A DNA stretch of 60,272 bases from a virus, in UHGV virus genome UHGV-0197990. One strand, 5' to 3'. Position numbers and translations under genes: made by a program. The notes under the pieces were generated by a model. The model was not told the origin of the DNA and did not search any database. It was given only the letters and a program-made list of their open reading frames with translations. Below, piece after piece: positions 9,561 to 17,996 of the stretch (position 1 is its first letter; each line of letters opens with the position of its first letter).

Positions 9561-9725
9561 ATGACAAACGGAGATAAAATCCGATCAATGTCCGACATGG
9601 AGCTGTCAAGAGAACTCTGCAAGGTTGCCGGAGTATGCTCTGAATGTCTTGTACAAGATATGTGCGACAAGGGACATACTGGATTTGAACAATGGTTGAA
9701 AGAAGAGGTAAACGAAGATGAATAA
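9561..9725 (+). CDS. small Cys-containing hypothetical protein
   Basis: ATG 9561 preceded by GAGAGGAG. Confidence 0.4.
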   Translation: MTNGDKIRSMSDMELSRELCKVAGVCSECLVQDMCDKGHTGFEQWLKEEVNEDE

Positions 9726-9888
9726 AGGATCAAAATCAATGAAGTTCCGTGGAGATATTAAACACGGAAAGCTTGCGAGTAGTGCACCTAGCGTAAAAGC
9801 TGTTAGACGTTCCAGGACCAAACCATATGAAGCAGCTAACCTTGTGAAGAAACAAGGGGAGTATTTAAGCGAGTTGCCACATGAGTGA
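9718..9888 (+). CDS. small basic hypothetical protein (56 aa)
   Basis: Below the track cutoff. Weak. Confidence 0.2.
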   Translation: MNKGSKSMKFRGDIKHGKLASSAPSVKAVRRSRTKPYEAANLVKKQGEYLSELPHE

Positions 9889-9960
9889 ATAGAACGTATG
9901 GGAGTGGACTTGAGCCGGAACATAGTGGTTTAGCCACTCCCTTGAAAGAGGGAAGGATAT

Positions 9961-10296
9961 ATGAGAACACGTTTTCACAAATTATATAGATGCGAGTTGG
10001 ATTTTTTGATTGAGAATTGCAATTTCACAGAGGATGAAAAAGTATTGATTTCTATGGCAAGTCAGCAGAAATCAGATCAGGAAATTGCAAGCAAACTAAA
10101 TATAAGCACTTCGTCTGTGACAAAGCGTAAGAAGAAAGTTAACAAAAAAGTTTTGGATTTTTTAGAAAAAGGTGATTACATGACAACTGTTTATGTTAAT
10201 GGAGAACGTGTAAAAAAAGAAGAGCTTGATAAAATTGAGATTCACATGGAAAATGTTAAGAAAATTCTATCCGAGAAATTGACTAAAAATGACTAA
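9961..10296 (+). CDS. sigma-70 region-4-like / ArpU-family transcriptional regulator
   Basis: 111 aa. ISMASQQKSDQEIASKLNISTSSVTKRKKKV is an r4-type HTH. RBS GAGGGAAGG. Confidence 0.5.
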   Translation: MRTRFHKLYRCELDFLIENCNFTEDEKVLISMASQQKSDQEIASKLNISTSSVTKRKKKVNKKVLDFLEKGDYMTTVYVNGERVKKEELDKIEIHMENVKKILSEKLTKND

Positions 10297-10356
10297 TGGT
10301 TTAGAATTGGCTTAGGGTGAAAACTTGGTCAATTCTTTTTTGAAGGAGAATTGATT

Positions 10357-11700
10357 ATGGGGAAAATGAATGTAGCTTACATGAGAGTTTCAACAGAAGC
10401 TCAGACAGAAAAGTACGGATTAGACGTGCAAAGGGACAAGATTCAGGACTTGGCTGACAAGAATAATGCAAAAATTGAAAGGTGGTATGTTGACGGAGGA
10501 TATTCTGGAAGTAATATTGACAGACCAGAAATGCAGAGACTTCTTGATGATGCAAGAGACGGGAAAATTTCTTCGGTGTATGTATACAAACTTGACCGAA
10601 TGAGCCGAGATGCGATTGACACACTTACTCTTCTTTACCGGACACTTCCAAAATACGGAGTAAAGATAGAATCTGTTACAGAAGAACTTAGATTTGAAAC
10701 ACCAATGGATAAAGTAATGGTCGGCGTAAATGCCATTATGGGGCAGTATGAAAGAGAAGTCATATATATGAGAACTCGTGCCGGGATGGTCGAAAGAGTC
10801 AAGAAAGGCTTGTGGATGGGAGGCGGGAATCAACCATACGGATATTACTATGACAGAAACGATGGAATACTTCATCCAAAAGAAGACGAAGCTGAAAACG
10901 TCAGAAGAATGTTTGAGATGTATAACAGCGGAATGTCTTGCAGAAGCATATCCGAAATTCTCGGAATAAAATGTGAAAAGGTTGTAAGAGATGTTTTGAG
11001 GAGAAAATCTAATATTGGATACATTGAGTATAACGGAGTGCTATACAAAGGACTGCACGAGCCAATTGTTGATGAAGATGTGTTTTGGAATACTCAAGAG
11101 CTTATAGAGCGGAGATCAAACAACTATTACCTTGCCAATAAACATATTCTTTCAGGACTATGCTTTTGCGGAAAGTGCGGCGCAAAGATGAGATACAAAA
11201 TGTGGGGCAGTTACTTTATCCTTGAGTGTTATTCCAGAGAGGGAACAAAAAAGAACATGGTGAAATCAAGTCACTGTGATAACAAAAGGAATAAAGCTTC
11301 ATATATTGAAAAAGAAGTCACTGACTGTTTCAAGAAGTTTATCATCAATGTCGAGCCAAACTCAGACAGATCAGAAAATAAAGAACTTGTTAAGAACGAG
11401 ATAAAAAAGTCGAATGAGAAGTTGAAAAGATTGTATCTTCTGTATTCTGATAGCGGAAATGATGTCCTTTTTGGAGTAATAAAAGATGAAGAAAAGCGAT
11501 TAAATTCCTTAAAAGTAAAATTAGAGGATGAAATCCGAAGAGAAAACTCAAATAAGGAATCGAAAATCAAAAGAATAAGAAAAATGTCTGACATATGGGA
11601 CGAACTTGACACTCAAGAGAAGAATAAAATTCTCAAGGAGTGTATTGAAAAGATTATTATTACGGATGATGATATAGAAATAAGATTTAATATCGAATAA
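10357..11700 (+). CDS. large serine recombinase (phage integrase type)
   Basis: N-terminal resolvase catalytic motif YMRVSTEAQ, recombinase domain and C-terminal Cys4 zinc ribbon (CFCGKCG...C). ATG 10357 preceded by GAAGGAGA. Confidence 0.9.
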   Translation: MGKMNVAYMRVSTEAQTEKYGLDVQRDKIQDLADKNNAKIERWYVDGGYSGSNIDRPEMQRLLDDARDGKISSVYVYKLDRMSRDAIDTLTLLYRTLPKYGVKIESVTEELRFETPMDKVMVGVNAIMGQYEREVIYMRTRAGMVERVKKGLWMGGGNQPYGYYYDRNDGILHPKEDEAENVRRMFEMYNSGMSCRSISEILGIKCEKVVRDVLRRKSNIGYIEYNGVLYKGLHEPIVDEDVFWNTQELIERRSNNYYLANKHILSGLCFCGKCGAKMRYKMWGSYFILECYSREGTKKNMVKSSHCDNKRNKASYIEKEVTDCFKKFIINVEPNSDRSENKELVKNEIKKSNEKLKRLYLLYSDSGNDVLFGVIKDEEKRLNSLKVKLEDEIRRENSNKESKIKRIRKMSDIWDELDTQEKNKILKECIEKIIITDDDIEIRFNIE

Positions 11701-11746
11701 TTTTCTCCTACGGAATATCATTCCGATGATTGTTTATAGGAGAAAA
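11701..11746. other. 46-bp imperfect inverted repeat immediately after the recombinase stop (candidate attP core, or terminator-like hairpin)
   Basis: TTTTCTCCTAcggaatatcattccgatgattgtttatAGGAGAAAA, with an inner 6-bp palindromic stem. Confidence 0.3.
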
Positions 11747-11820
11747 CACCGAATTGGCCACGTTTTTGCCCGATTTTACGGTTGATTTACGGTTTGATTA
11801 CTGAATAAATAATGTGCGAT

Positions 11821-11847
11821 GGCGGTTTAACCGTCTTTTTTTATGCG
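11821..11847 (+). terminator. rho-independent terminator
   Basis: GGCGGTTtaAACCGTC stem followed by T7. Confidence 0.6.
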
Positions 11848-11874
11848 AAAATTTAACCATAAGGAGGCGGTCAA

Positions 11875-12051
11875 ATGTTTTCAGATGCGATACTTGTTCA
11901 GATATTCAGTGATGATCGTCTCAATGGCATCCCACTTGAATATCAGTCAACGGTTGTTCATGTTGTAGAAGATGTGATTGACAGAAGATTCTACACTGAT
12001 AAACCGTTCGCTTCAAGAGAAGAGATACTTGAGGATGTGTGTGAAAGATAG
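11875..12051 (+). CDS. small hypothetical protein (58 aa)
   Basis: RBS AAGGAGG spaced 7 nt from ATG. Below the track cutoff. Confidence 0.4.
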   Translation: MFSDAILVQIFSDDRLNGIPLEYQSTVVHVVEDVIDRRFYTDKPFASREEILEDVCER

Positions 12052-12061
12052 GAGGTCTATC

Positions 12062-12565
12062 ATGTACGAGAATCCATATTTCGGAAATCCGTACTTGCAG
12101 CAGAATCAGCAGAGGTACGGAACTCCATATCAGCAACCAGTTCAACAGATGCAAGCTCAACAGCCTGCTTACAATCAGATACAACAGGTCCCGCAGCAGA
12201 TTCAGCAACCACAACTGATTGGTCACATTGTTGATGGTCAAGAGACGATACAGGCAAGTGACGTTCCAATGAACGCTCCTTATGCGCTGTTTCCAAAAAA
12301 TGATTTGTCAGAAATCTATTTAAAGTCATGGACTGCCAACGGAACTATTCAGACAATCGTCTTTAAGCCTGTTCAAAATCAGCAGACAGACAATTTACCG
12401 TCTACTCAATCAGAAATGAAAATAGGGCTATCTGACGATGCGACAGAAGCGTTTATGAAGAGATTTGACGAGCTTGGACGGAAGCTTGATGAACTGGAAA
12501 ACTCTATGAGCAACAGCAAACCGAAAACACGGTCTACAGTCAAAAAGGATGGTGACGGAGAATGA
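12062..12565 (+). CDS. Gln/Pro-rich hypothetical protein
   Basis: ATG 12062 preceded by AGGAGG. N-terminal Q-rich low-complexity segment. The tracked ORF starts upstream at 11978. Confidence 0.5.
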   Translation: MYENPYFGNPYLQQNQQRYGTPYQQPVQQMQAQQPAYNQIQQVPQQIQQPQLIGHIVDGQETIQASDVPMNAPYALFPKNDLSEIYLKSWTANGTIQTIVFKPVQNQQTDNLPSTQSEMKIGLSDDATEAFMKRFDELGRKLDELENSMSNSKPKTRSTVKKDGDGE

Positions 12566-12780
12566 ACCCAATTAACCTTTTCGGAAATCCTCAGCAGTTT
12601 TTAAAACAGATGATGGGGAATAATCAAGTAATGAACAACCCCATGGCCAAGAATGCTCTTGATATGGCTCAAAAAGGAGACATGAAAGGAATAGAGCAGT
12701 TGGCAAGGAACCTTGGAAAAGAACAAGGAACAAATGTTGATGAACTTATGAATCAAATAAGAAGTAAGTTTGGATTATAG
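12562..12780 (+). CDS. hypothetical small protein
   Basis: 72-aa ORF, translationally coupled. Confidence 0.4.
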   Translation: MNPINLFGNPQQFLKQMMGNNQVMNNPMAKNALDMAQKGDMKGIEQLARNLGKEQGTNVDELMNQIRSKFGL

Positions 12781-12847
12781 CATATTAGAGGTTTGTGCAC
12801 AGAAACTCGAGAAACCTCTTTATGAATAAAATTAAGGAGGAACTAAT

Positions 12848-13627
12848 ATGTTTAACTCAACTAACACACCTTTTACAATGCCAGTCATGCCAGCAACAGG
12901 CGGTTACGCTGATGGAGCTGGTTGGGGAGACGGGGGATGGTTATGGATCATCGTCGTATTCGCACTGCTTTTTGGCTGGGGAAACAATGGATTTGGTAAC
13001 GGATTCGGAAATGGTGGCGGTTATGCAGCAACAGTAGCTACACAGGCTGACATTCAGAGGGGATTCGATACTCAGAACATTGTTGGAAAACTGGACGGAA
13101 TCAACAATGGATTGTGTGATGGCTTTTACGCTCAGAACACAGCTCTGATGAATGGATTCCACGGAGTTGACAATGCAATCTGCAATCTGGGATACCAGAC
13201 ACAGCAGGGATTCAACACAACAAATGTTGCTTTGATGCAGGGTCAGAATGCATTACAGGCACAGCTTTCCGATTGTTGCTGCCAGAACAGAGAAGCTATT
13301 TCTCAGGTAAGATTTGACATGGCACAGGATACATGCGCTTTGCAGAACACAATGAATACGAACACTCGTGACATCATTGAGAGTCAGAACGCTGGAACAA
13401 GAGCAATCCTTGATTACCTCTGCCAGGATAAGATCGCTACATTACAGGCTGAGAACAACGATCTGAGACTTGCAGCTTCACAGGATAGACAGAATGCTCT
13501 TCTGACTACTGCAATGACAGCTCAGACAAATCAGATTATCAATGCTGTAAACCCTACACCAATTCCGGCATATCAGGTACCTAACCCGAATGTGTATTAC
13601 GGATGCGGTAATGGATGTGGTTGTTAA
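12848..13627 (+). CDS. Gly/Asn/Gln-rich membrane-anchored protein with C-terminal CGNGCGC
   Basis: 259 aa, RBS AAGGAGG. One TM (WLWIIVVFALLF), GNGFGNGFGNGGG repeats and a Cys cluster. Confidence 0.5.
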   Translation: MFNSTNTPFTMPVMPATGGYADGAGWGDGGWLWIIVVFALLFGWGNNGFGNGFGNGGGYAATVATQADIQRGFDTQNIVGKLDGINNGLCDGFYAQNTALMNGFHGVDNAICNLGYQTQQGFNTTNVALMQGQNALQAQLSDCCCQNREAISQVRFDMAQDTCALQNTMNTNTRDIIESQNAGTRAILDYLCQDKIATLQAENNDLRLAASQDRQNALLTTAMTAQTNQIINAVNPTPIPAYQVPNPNVYYGCGNGCGC

Positions 13628-13839
13628 TGACCAACAATCAAAACGGAAACTACTCTTTTCTTGATATGTTGAACGTCTTTTCCGTTATCTTGCAGATGAT
13701 TGGATACGACCAAGATCAGAAGCAAACGTCTAATGATGACTTGCTAAGAGCCTTGCAGAGACAGGACAGGGAGTATCTCGAGAAGATAATTTCCAATCAA
13801 AATCAAATCTTGGATATTCTTTCCAAGACGAATGAGTAA
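13627..13839 (+). CDS. hypothetical small protein
   Basis: ATG overlaps the upstream stop (TAATG). Confidence 0.35.
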   Translation: MTNNQNGNYSFLDMLNVFSVILQMIGYDQDQKQTSNDDLLRALQRQDREYLEKIISNQNQILDILSKTNE

Positions 13840-13934
13840 CTTAACTTAAATGTTATGTCTGCTATAAGCAGTATTACGAATACAAGGGGCAGACTACAAA
13901 TAGTTTGTCCCTTAAATTATGGAGGTAAAAGACT

Positions 13935-14357
13935 ATGGCTGAATATTTAGCTGTTTCTGCTCAAGAAGTAGCAGTGAACGGAAATGTTATCTTTACAAAC
14001 ACGGCAGTTCAAGGAAATAACTGCATTAAACATCGCGAGGGTTCTGGAATCGTTACTCTTAGAGGAATCACAAATCAGTGCAGAGCGCGCTATTTTGTTG
14101 ATTTTTCAGCAAATATCGCAGTACCGACCGGAGGTACAGCCGGAGCAATCTCACTGGCTATCGCAATCAGCGGAGAGCCTGTTCTTTCTTCTCAGATGAT
14201 TAGTACTCCGGCAGCAGTTGACCAGTACAATAATGTATCTGCTGGTATCTATATTGACGTACCGGCCGGATGCTGCGTGAATATCGCTGTCGAGAATACA
14301 AGTACGCAGGAAATCAACGTGGCAAATGCGAACCTTGTTGTTACAAGAGAAGCTTAG
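13935..14357 (+). CDS. BclA C-terminal domain-like (C1q/TNF-fold) exosporium-type protein
   Basis: 140 aa. AQEVAVNGNVIFTN...GIYIDVPAG...ANANLVV pattern as in BclA_C family proteins. RBS GGAGGT. Confidence 0.5.
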   Translation: MAEYLAVSAQEVAVNGNVIFTNTAVQGNNCIKHREGSGIVTLRGITNQCRARYFVDFSANIAVPTGGTAGAISLAIAISGEPVLSSQMISTPAAVDQYNNVSAGIYIDVPAGCCVNIAVENTSTQEINVANANLVVTREA

Positions 14358-14370
14358 GAGGTGAACGAGT

Positions 14371-15003
14371 ATGCATATCAAACATATACATGAATTGATT
14401 GAAAAGCTTTCTGAGTGCGCTTGTTCTGAACTTTCTAGCGGTATTGAAAACGTTAATACTTGCGAGATGGGACAGGTCATCGACATGATTAAAGACCTTG
14501 CAGATGCCGAATATCATGCAAGAATCTCAAAAGCTATGGAAGAAGCTGAGGAAGATGAAAAAGAGGAAGAGAAGTATCTTCTAAAAATGTTCAAAGACCA
14601 GTACGGTGAAGAGGATGCCAGGAGATATTATGACGAATACCGTTATAAGTCCGGCAGATTCGCTCCGAAAGGTCACGGAATGAGAAGAGGATACAATGAG
14701 CCGCCTTATTGGCACATGACTCCTGAGATGTATCGTGACTGGGACACTGATCGTGACATGGACAGAGACAAGCACGGAAGAATGTATTACACAGAGCCTA
14801 AATCATCCAGTCGCTATGATATGGCTCGCCGTGGCTATACAGAAGCAAGAGATACACACAAGGACAAGGACACTAAGATGCATGAACTTGAGTCCTACAT
14901 GACAGAACTCGGAAAAGATGTAAGCGATCTGATTTCCGGCATGTCACCAGAAGAGAGGACTCTTGCGAAGTCAAAGCTTGCTACTCTTATCAATAAGATG
15001 TAA
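14371..15003 (+). CDS. hypothetical charged protein
   Basis: 210 aa, RBS AGGAGGTG. Confidence 0.45.
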   Translation: MHIKHIHELIEKLSECACSELSSGIENVNTCEMGQVIDMIKDLADAEYHARISKAMEEAEEDEKEEEKYLLKMFKDQYGEEDARRYYDEYRYKSGRFAPKGHGMRRGYNEPPYWHMTPEMYRDWDTDRDMDRDKHGRMYYTEPKSSSRYDMARRGYTEARDTHKDKDTKMHELESYMTELGKDVSDLISGMSPEERTLAKSKLATLINKM

Positions 15004-15005
15004 TT

Positions 15006-15036
15006 CACGGGAGGGCGAAAGCCTTCCCTTTTTAAG
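15006..15036 (+). terminator. rho-independent terminator
   Basis: GGGAGGGCgaaaGCCTTCCC stem with GAAA loop followed by TTTTT. Confidence 0.75.
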
Positions 15037-15047
15037 TAGGTGATTTG

Positions 15048-15374
15048 ATGAATTTCTATATCAATGATGAATTATGGCATGTCCAATATGAAAATCCATC
15101 CAGTGAGCTACTGAGACGGTCAGACGGTGTTTACACGCTTGGTGTTACTGACAGAATGACCAATACAATCTATCTGTCTAATCGTCTCTCAGATACCATG
15201 TTTGACCGCGTTCTTTCCCATGAGCTGACTCACGCTGTTTGCATGACCTACGGAATTTCTCTTCCTATAGAAACAGAGGAACGCCTTTGCAATTTTATTT
15301 CTGACCATGCGAGAGAAATTATTTCATTGACTGATTTGATTGAAAATATTTTGCTTGCTCGTGTTGTTTATTAA
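15048..15374 (+). CDS. small HExxH zinc-metallopeptidase-like protein
   Basis: SHELTHAV motif. ATG 15048 after AGGTGA. Confidence 0.4.
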   Translation: MNFYINDELWHVQYENPSSELLRRSDGVYTLGVTDRMTNTIYLSNRLSDTMFDRVLSHELTHAVCMTYGISLPIETEERLCNFISDHAREIISLTDLIENILLARVVY

Positions 15375-15397
15375 TTCCATTTGTGCTATAATAATAT

Positions 15398-15530
15398 CAG
15401 CGACGAGAAATATGTGAAGAACGAATGGGATTCAGATCAACAAGGGTCAGGAATCGTCAGCCTGAGTATACTGAGAAAAATGATAGTACAAAATACTGTC
15501 TTTACTCTCAGCGTACTCAGGCTTTTTTAT
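15398..15530 (+). ncRNA. structured RNA copy 1 (about 130 nt) with its own promoter and intrinsic terminator. Paralog of 23752-23884
   Basis: TTGTTT-17-TATAAT promoter at 15364-15392. Conserved core ATCAGCGAC.AGAAAT..GTGAA...CGAATGGGA...GGAATCGTCAGCC. Hairpin TCAGG/CCTGA competes with terminator stem GCCTGAGTA...TACTCAGGC followed by T6. Confidence 0.55.
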
Positions 15531-15779
15531 TTCTCTCATATACTCCAGTGATGGTGCTGGATACGAAAAACGGAATACCGACCAGTGATGCGTCTGGTTA
15601 CGAATTGAACGGTGCAGAGTCTATTGAGTTAGGCTCTGCTATTTCTGACAAAAAAATAAGAGTTGCCTACCGACCAAAGTACCAGCTCTTAAAACAACCA
15701 ATCTAAAAGGATGCTTACTAAATTATAATAGCACATCCTTTTGGAAAAACCAACGTTTTTATGAAAAGGAGAAGAAAAA

Positions 15780-16484
15780 ATGAATGAATTAAGCGTATTT
15801 AAAAATGAGGAATTCGGAGAAATCAGAACTGTAATTATTGAAAATGAACCAATGTTCTGTTTATCAGATGTATGTAAAGCATTGGGTCTTACTCAGCCAT
15901 CAAAGGTAAAAGAAAGACTAAATGAAAAGGGTGTGAGTAGTATTCCTACCCTTACAGCTGGTGGAGAACAGAAACTTCTCTATATTAATGAGTCCAATCT
16001 CTATAAGACGATTTTCCAAAGCAGAAAAGAATCAGCCGAGAGATTTACAGGCTGGGTAACATCCGAAGTCCTCCCATGCATCCGAAAGAACGGAATCTAC
16101 GCAACAGATAACGTTATTGATAATATCTTGAATAACCCGGACTTCGGTATTGAGCTTCTGACCAAACTGAAAGAAGAAAGAGCAGCAAGAATTGAAGCTG
16201 AAAAGACAAATGCTATCCTTATGCATGTCAACAAAACATATACCATGACAGAAATTGCGAAAGAGATCGGTCTGAAAAGTGCAAATGAACTGAATAAGAT
16301 TCTGGCTGAAAAGAAGATTCAGTATAAGTCAAATGGAACATGGGTTATGTACTCTGACTATAGCGATCTTGGATACGAGTCTATAAAGCAAGAAACACTT
16401 GATAGCGGTCGTGTGATTTATCACAGAAGAATTACACAGCTTGGAAGAAAGTTTATTTTAGGTTTGTTTGACTTAGCTGCATAA
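15780..16484 (+). CDS. phage antirepressor, Bro-N domain plus KilA-C-like C-terminal domain
   Basis: 234 aa. N-terminus FKNEEFGEIRTV...CLSDVCKALG (Bro-N). Confidence 0.8.
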   Translation: MNELSVFKNEEFGEIRTVIIENEPMFCLSDVCKALGLTQPSKVKERLNEKGVSSIPTLTAGGEQKLLYINESNLYKTIFQSRKESAERFTGWVTSEVLPCIRKNGIYATDNVIDNILNNPDFGIELLTKLKEERAARIEAEKTNAILMHVNKTYTMTEIAKEIGLKSANELNKILAEKKIQYKSNGTWVMYSDYSDLGYESIKQETLDSGRVIYHRRITQLGRKFILGLFDLAA

Positions 16485-16520
16485 TCACACTATAAGACTA
16501 ATATTTTTGTAACGGAAATT

Positions 16521-16546
16521 GCACGGTTGATCCGTGCTTTTTTTGT
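16521..16546 (+). terminator. rho-independent terminator
   Basis: GCACGGttgaTCCGTGC followed by T7. Confidence 0.7.
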
Positions 16547-16615
16547 GCAATCTATTGAGTTTTTCAAAAGAATGTAATACAATTACAGTATATCGAAAGA
16601 AAGGAAAAAAGGATT

Positions 16616-17185
16616 ATGGGAAAATCAAAAAACACAGGAACAAAAATTTGCAAACATTGTCAGTCAGAAATACCAAAGAAAGCAAAGGTTTGTCCGAATT
16701 GTAGAAAGAAACAGGGTGGCAAGCTGAAATGGATTATCATTGCAATTGTAGTTATTGGAATTATCGGAGCTGCTATGGGCGGTGGTGGATCAGACGATTC
16801 CACAGCAAAGAGTGATTCAAACAGTAAAGCTGACACAGATGCTAAACAGGAAGAAACAATTGAGTATACACAGGTTTCTATCAGTGACATGGTGGATGCT
16901 CTTGACAAGAATGCAGCAGCAGCTTCTGATGAGTACAAAGACAAGTATCTTGAAATTACAGGAAAACTTTCAAATATAGATAGCGACTCATCATACATTA
17001 GCATTCTTCCTGAAGATGATGACTTTGCACTTACTGGAGTTCAGTGCTACACAAATGGAGATGAAGATATCATCAACGCTGTGAAGACTCTTTCAACTGG
17101 TGATACTATTACAGTAAGAGGAAAGTGTACAGATGTAGGAGAGGTTATGGGATACAGCCTTGACCTTGAAGAAATCGTACAGTAA
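16616..17185 (+). CDS. zinc-ribbon membrane protein with extracellular OB-fold-like domain
   Basis: CKHCQ...CPNC ribbon, one TM, then a DUF4352-like domain. Confidence 0.5.
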   Translation: MGKSKNTGTKICKHCQSEIPKKAKVCPNCRKKQGGKLKWIIIAIVVIGIIGAAMGGGGSDDSTAKSDSNSKADTDAKQEETIEYTQVSISDMVDALDKNAAAASDEYKDKYLEITGKLSNIDSDSSYISILPEDDDFALTGVQCYTNGDEDIINAVKTLSTGDTITVRGKCTDVGEVMGYSLDLEEIVQ

Positions 17186-17203
17186 CAATTGAATATGGAT
17201 TAT

Positions 17204-17241
17204 TTTGGAGAGGGATTTTTATTCCTCTCTATTTTTTTGAA
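17204..17241 (+). terminator. rho-independent terminator
   Basis: GAGAGGgatttttattCCTCTC followed by T-run. Confidence 0.6.
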
Positions 17242-17310
17242 TTTAGGTATTGACTTATCGGGCTACATATATTATCATAATTATAGGGCTACAGAAAGTG
17301 GGGTGAAAAT

Positions 17311-17487
17311 ATGAGTCCAAGAACAGGAAGACCAAAAAGTGAAAATCCAAAATCAAACCCTATTCACGTAAGGCTAGACAATGAAACAAAGGAAATTCTT
17401 GATGAATATTGTCAGCAAGAAGAAATTCCGAAGACAGAGGGGATAAGAAGAGGGATTCACAAATTAAAGTCTGAAATCAAAAAATAG
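17311..17487 (+). CDS. ribbon-helix-helix (CopG/Arc-like) DNA-binding protein, 58 aa
   Basis: MSPRTGRPK...PIHVRLDNETKEILDEY is an RHH signature. Upstream promoter TTGACT with direct repeats GGGCTACA x2. Below the track cutoff. Confidence 0.5.
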   Translation: MSPRTGRPKSENPKSNPIHVRLDNETKEILDEYCQQEEIPKTEGIRRGIHKLKSEIKK

Positions 17488-17615
17488 AGATTCACACCTA
17501 CCGACCAAAGTAATAGTGAATCTCCACCAAGTTAGAAGTTTCCTTCTGCAAATATTATAATGCAGACGGGGACTTCTTTCAAGAACATTTTTTTAAATTG
17601 AAAGGAGTTTTTATT

Positions 17616-17789
17616 ATGCAGGAAATTAACTTAGAAGTAAATATTATGAAGCCAGAGGACAACAGAGCAATTCTCCATTACATTGCGGACAATCTTGTCT
17701 GCTATACCAGTCTTGCCAACCTTGCAGAATATTGTAAAATGTACGCAGCAAAGTATGATTTTATAATGATGTCTAAGGGGGACAAATAA
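17616..17789 (+). CDS. hypothetical small protein
   Basis: ATG 17616 after AAAGGAG. Confidence 0.4.
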   Translation: MQEINLEVNIMKPEDNRAILHYIADNLVCYTSLANLAEYCKMYAAKYDFIMMSKGDK

Positions 17790-17975
17790 ATGAAAGACGT
17801 TGATTTTTACGAAGACAAAGATGGATTTTACAGAGAGCTGTATAGAGCTGACATCAAGAAACTGGTAGACGATCTGGAAGACGTTGACGCAATCAAGGTA
17901 CTTCTTGACTATGCTTTTGGTTATATGGAACTGCAAAAAGCGAAAGCAAAATCAAAGGCAAGAGCAACAGTGTAA
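17790..17975 (+). CDS. hypothetical small protein
   Basis: 61-aa ORF, coupled start. Confidence 0.4.
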   Translation: MKDVDFYEDKDGFYRELYRADIKKLVDDLEDVDAIKVLLDYAFGYMELQKAKAKSKARATV

Positions 17976-17996
17976 TTTGATATGGAGGACAAGAAG

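Noticed and set aside
15425-15706. 93-aa ORF
   Set aside because: It spans the structured RNA element and its terminator and has no RBS. The region is better explained as non-coding RNA.
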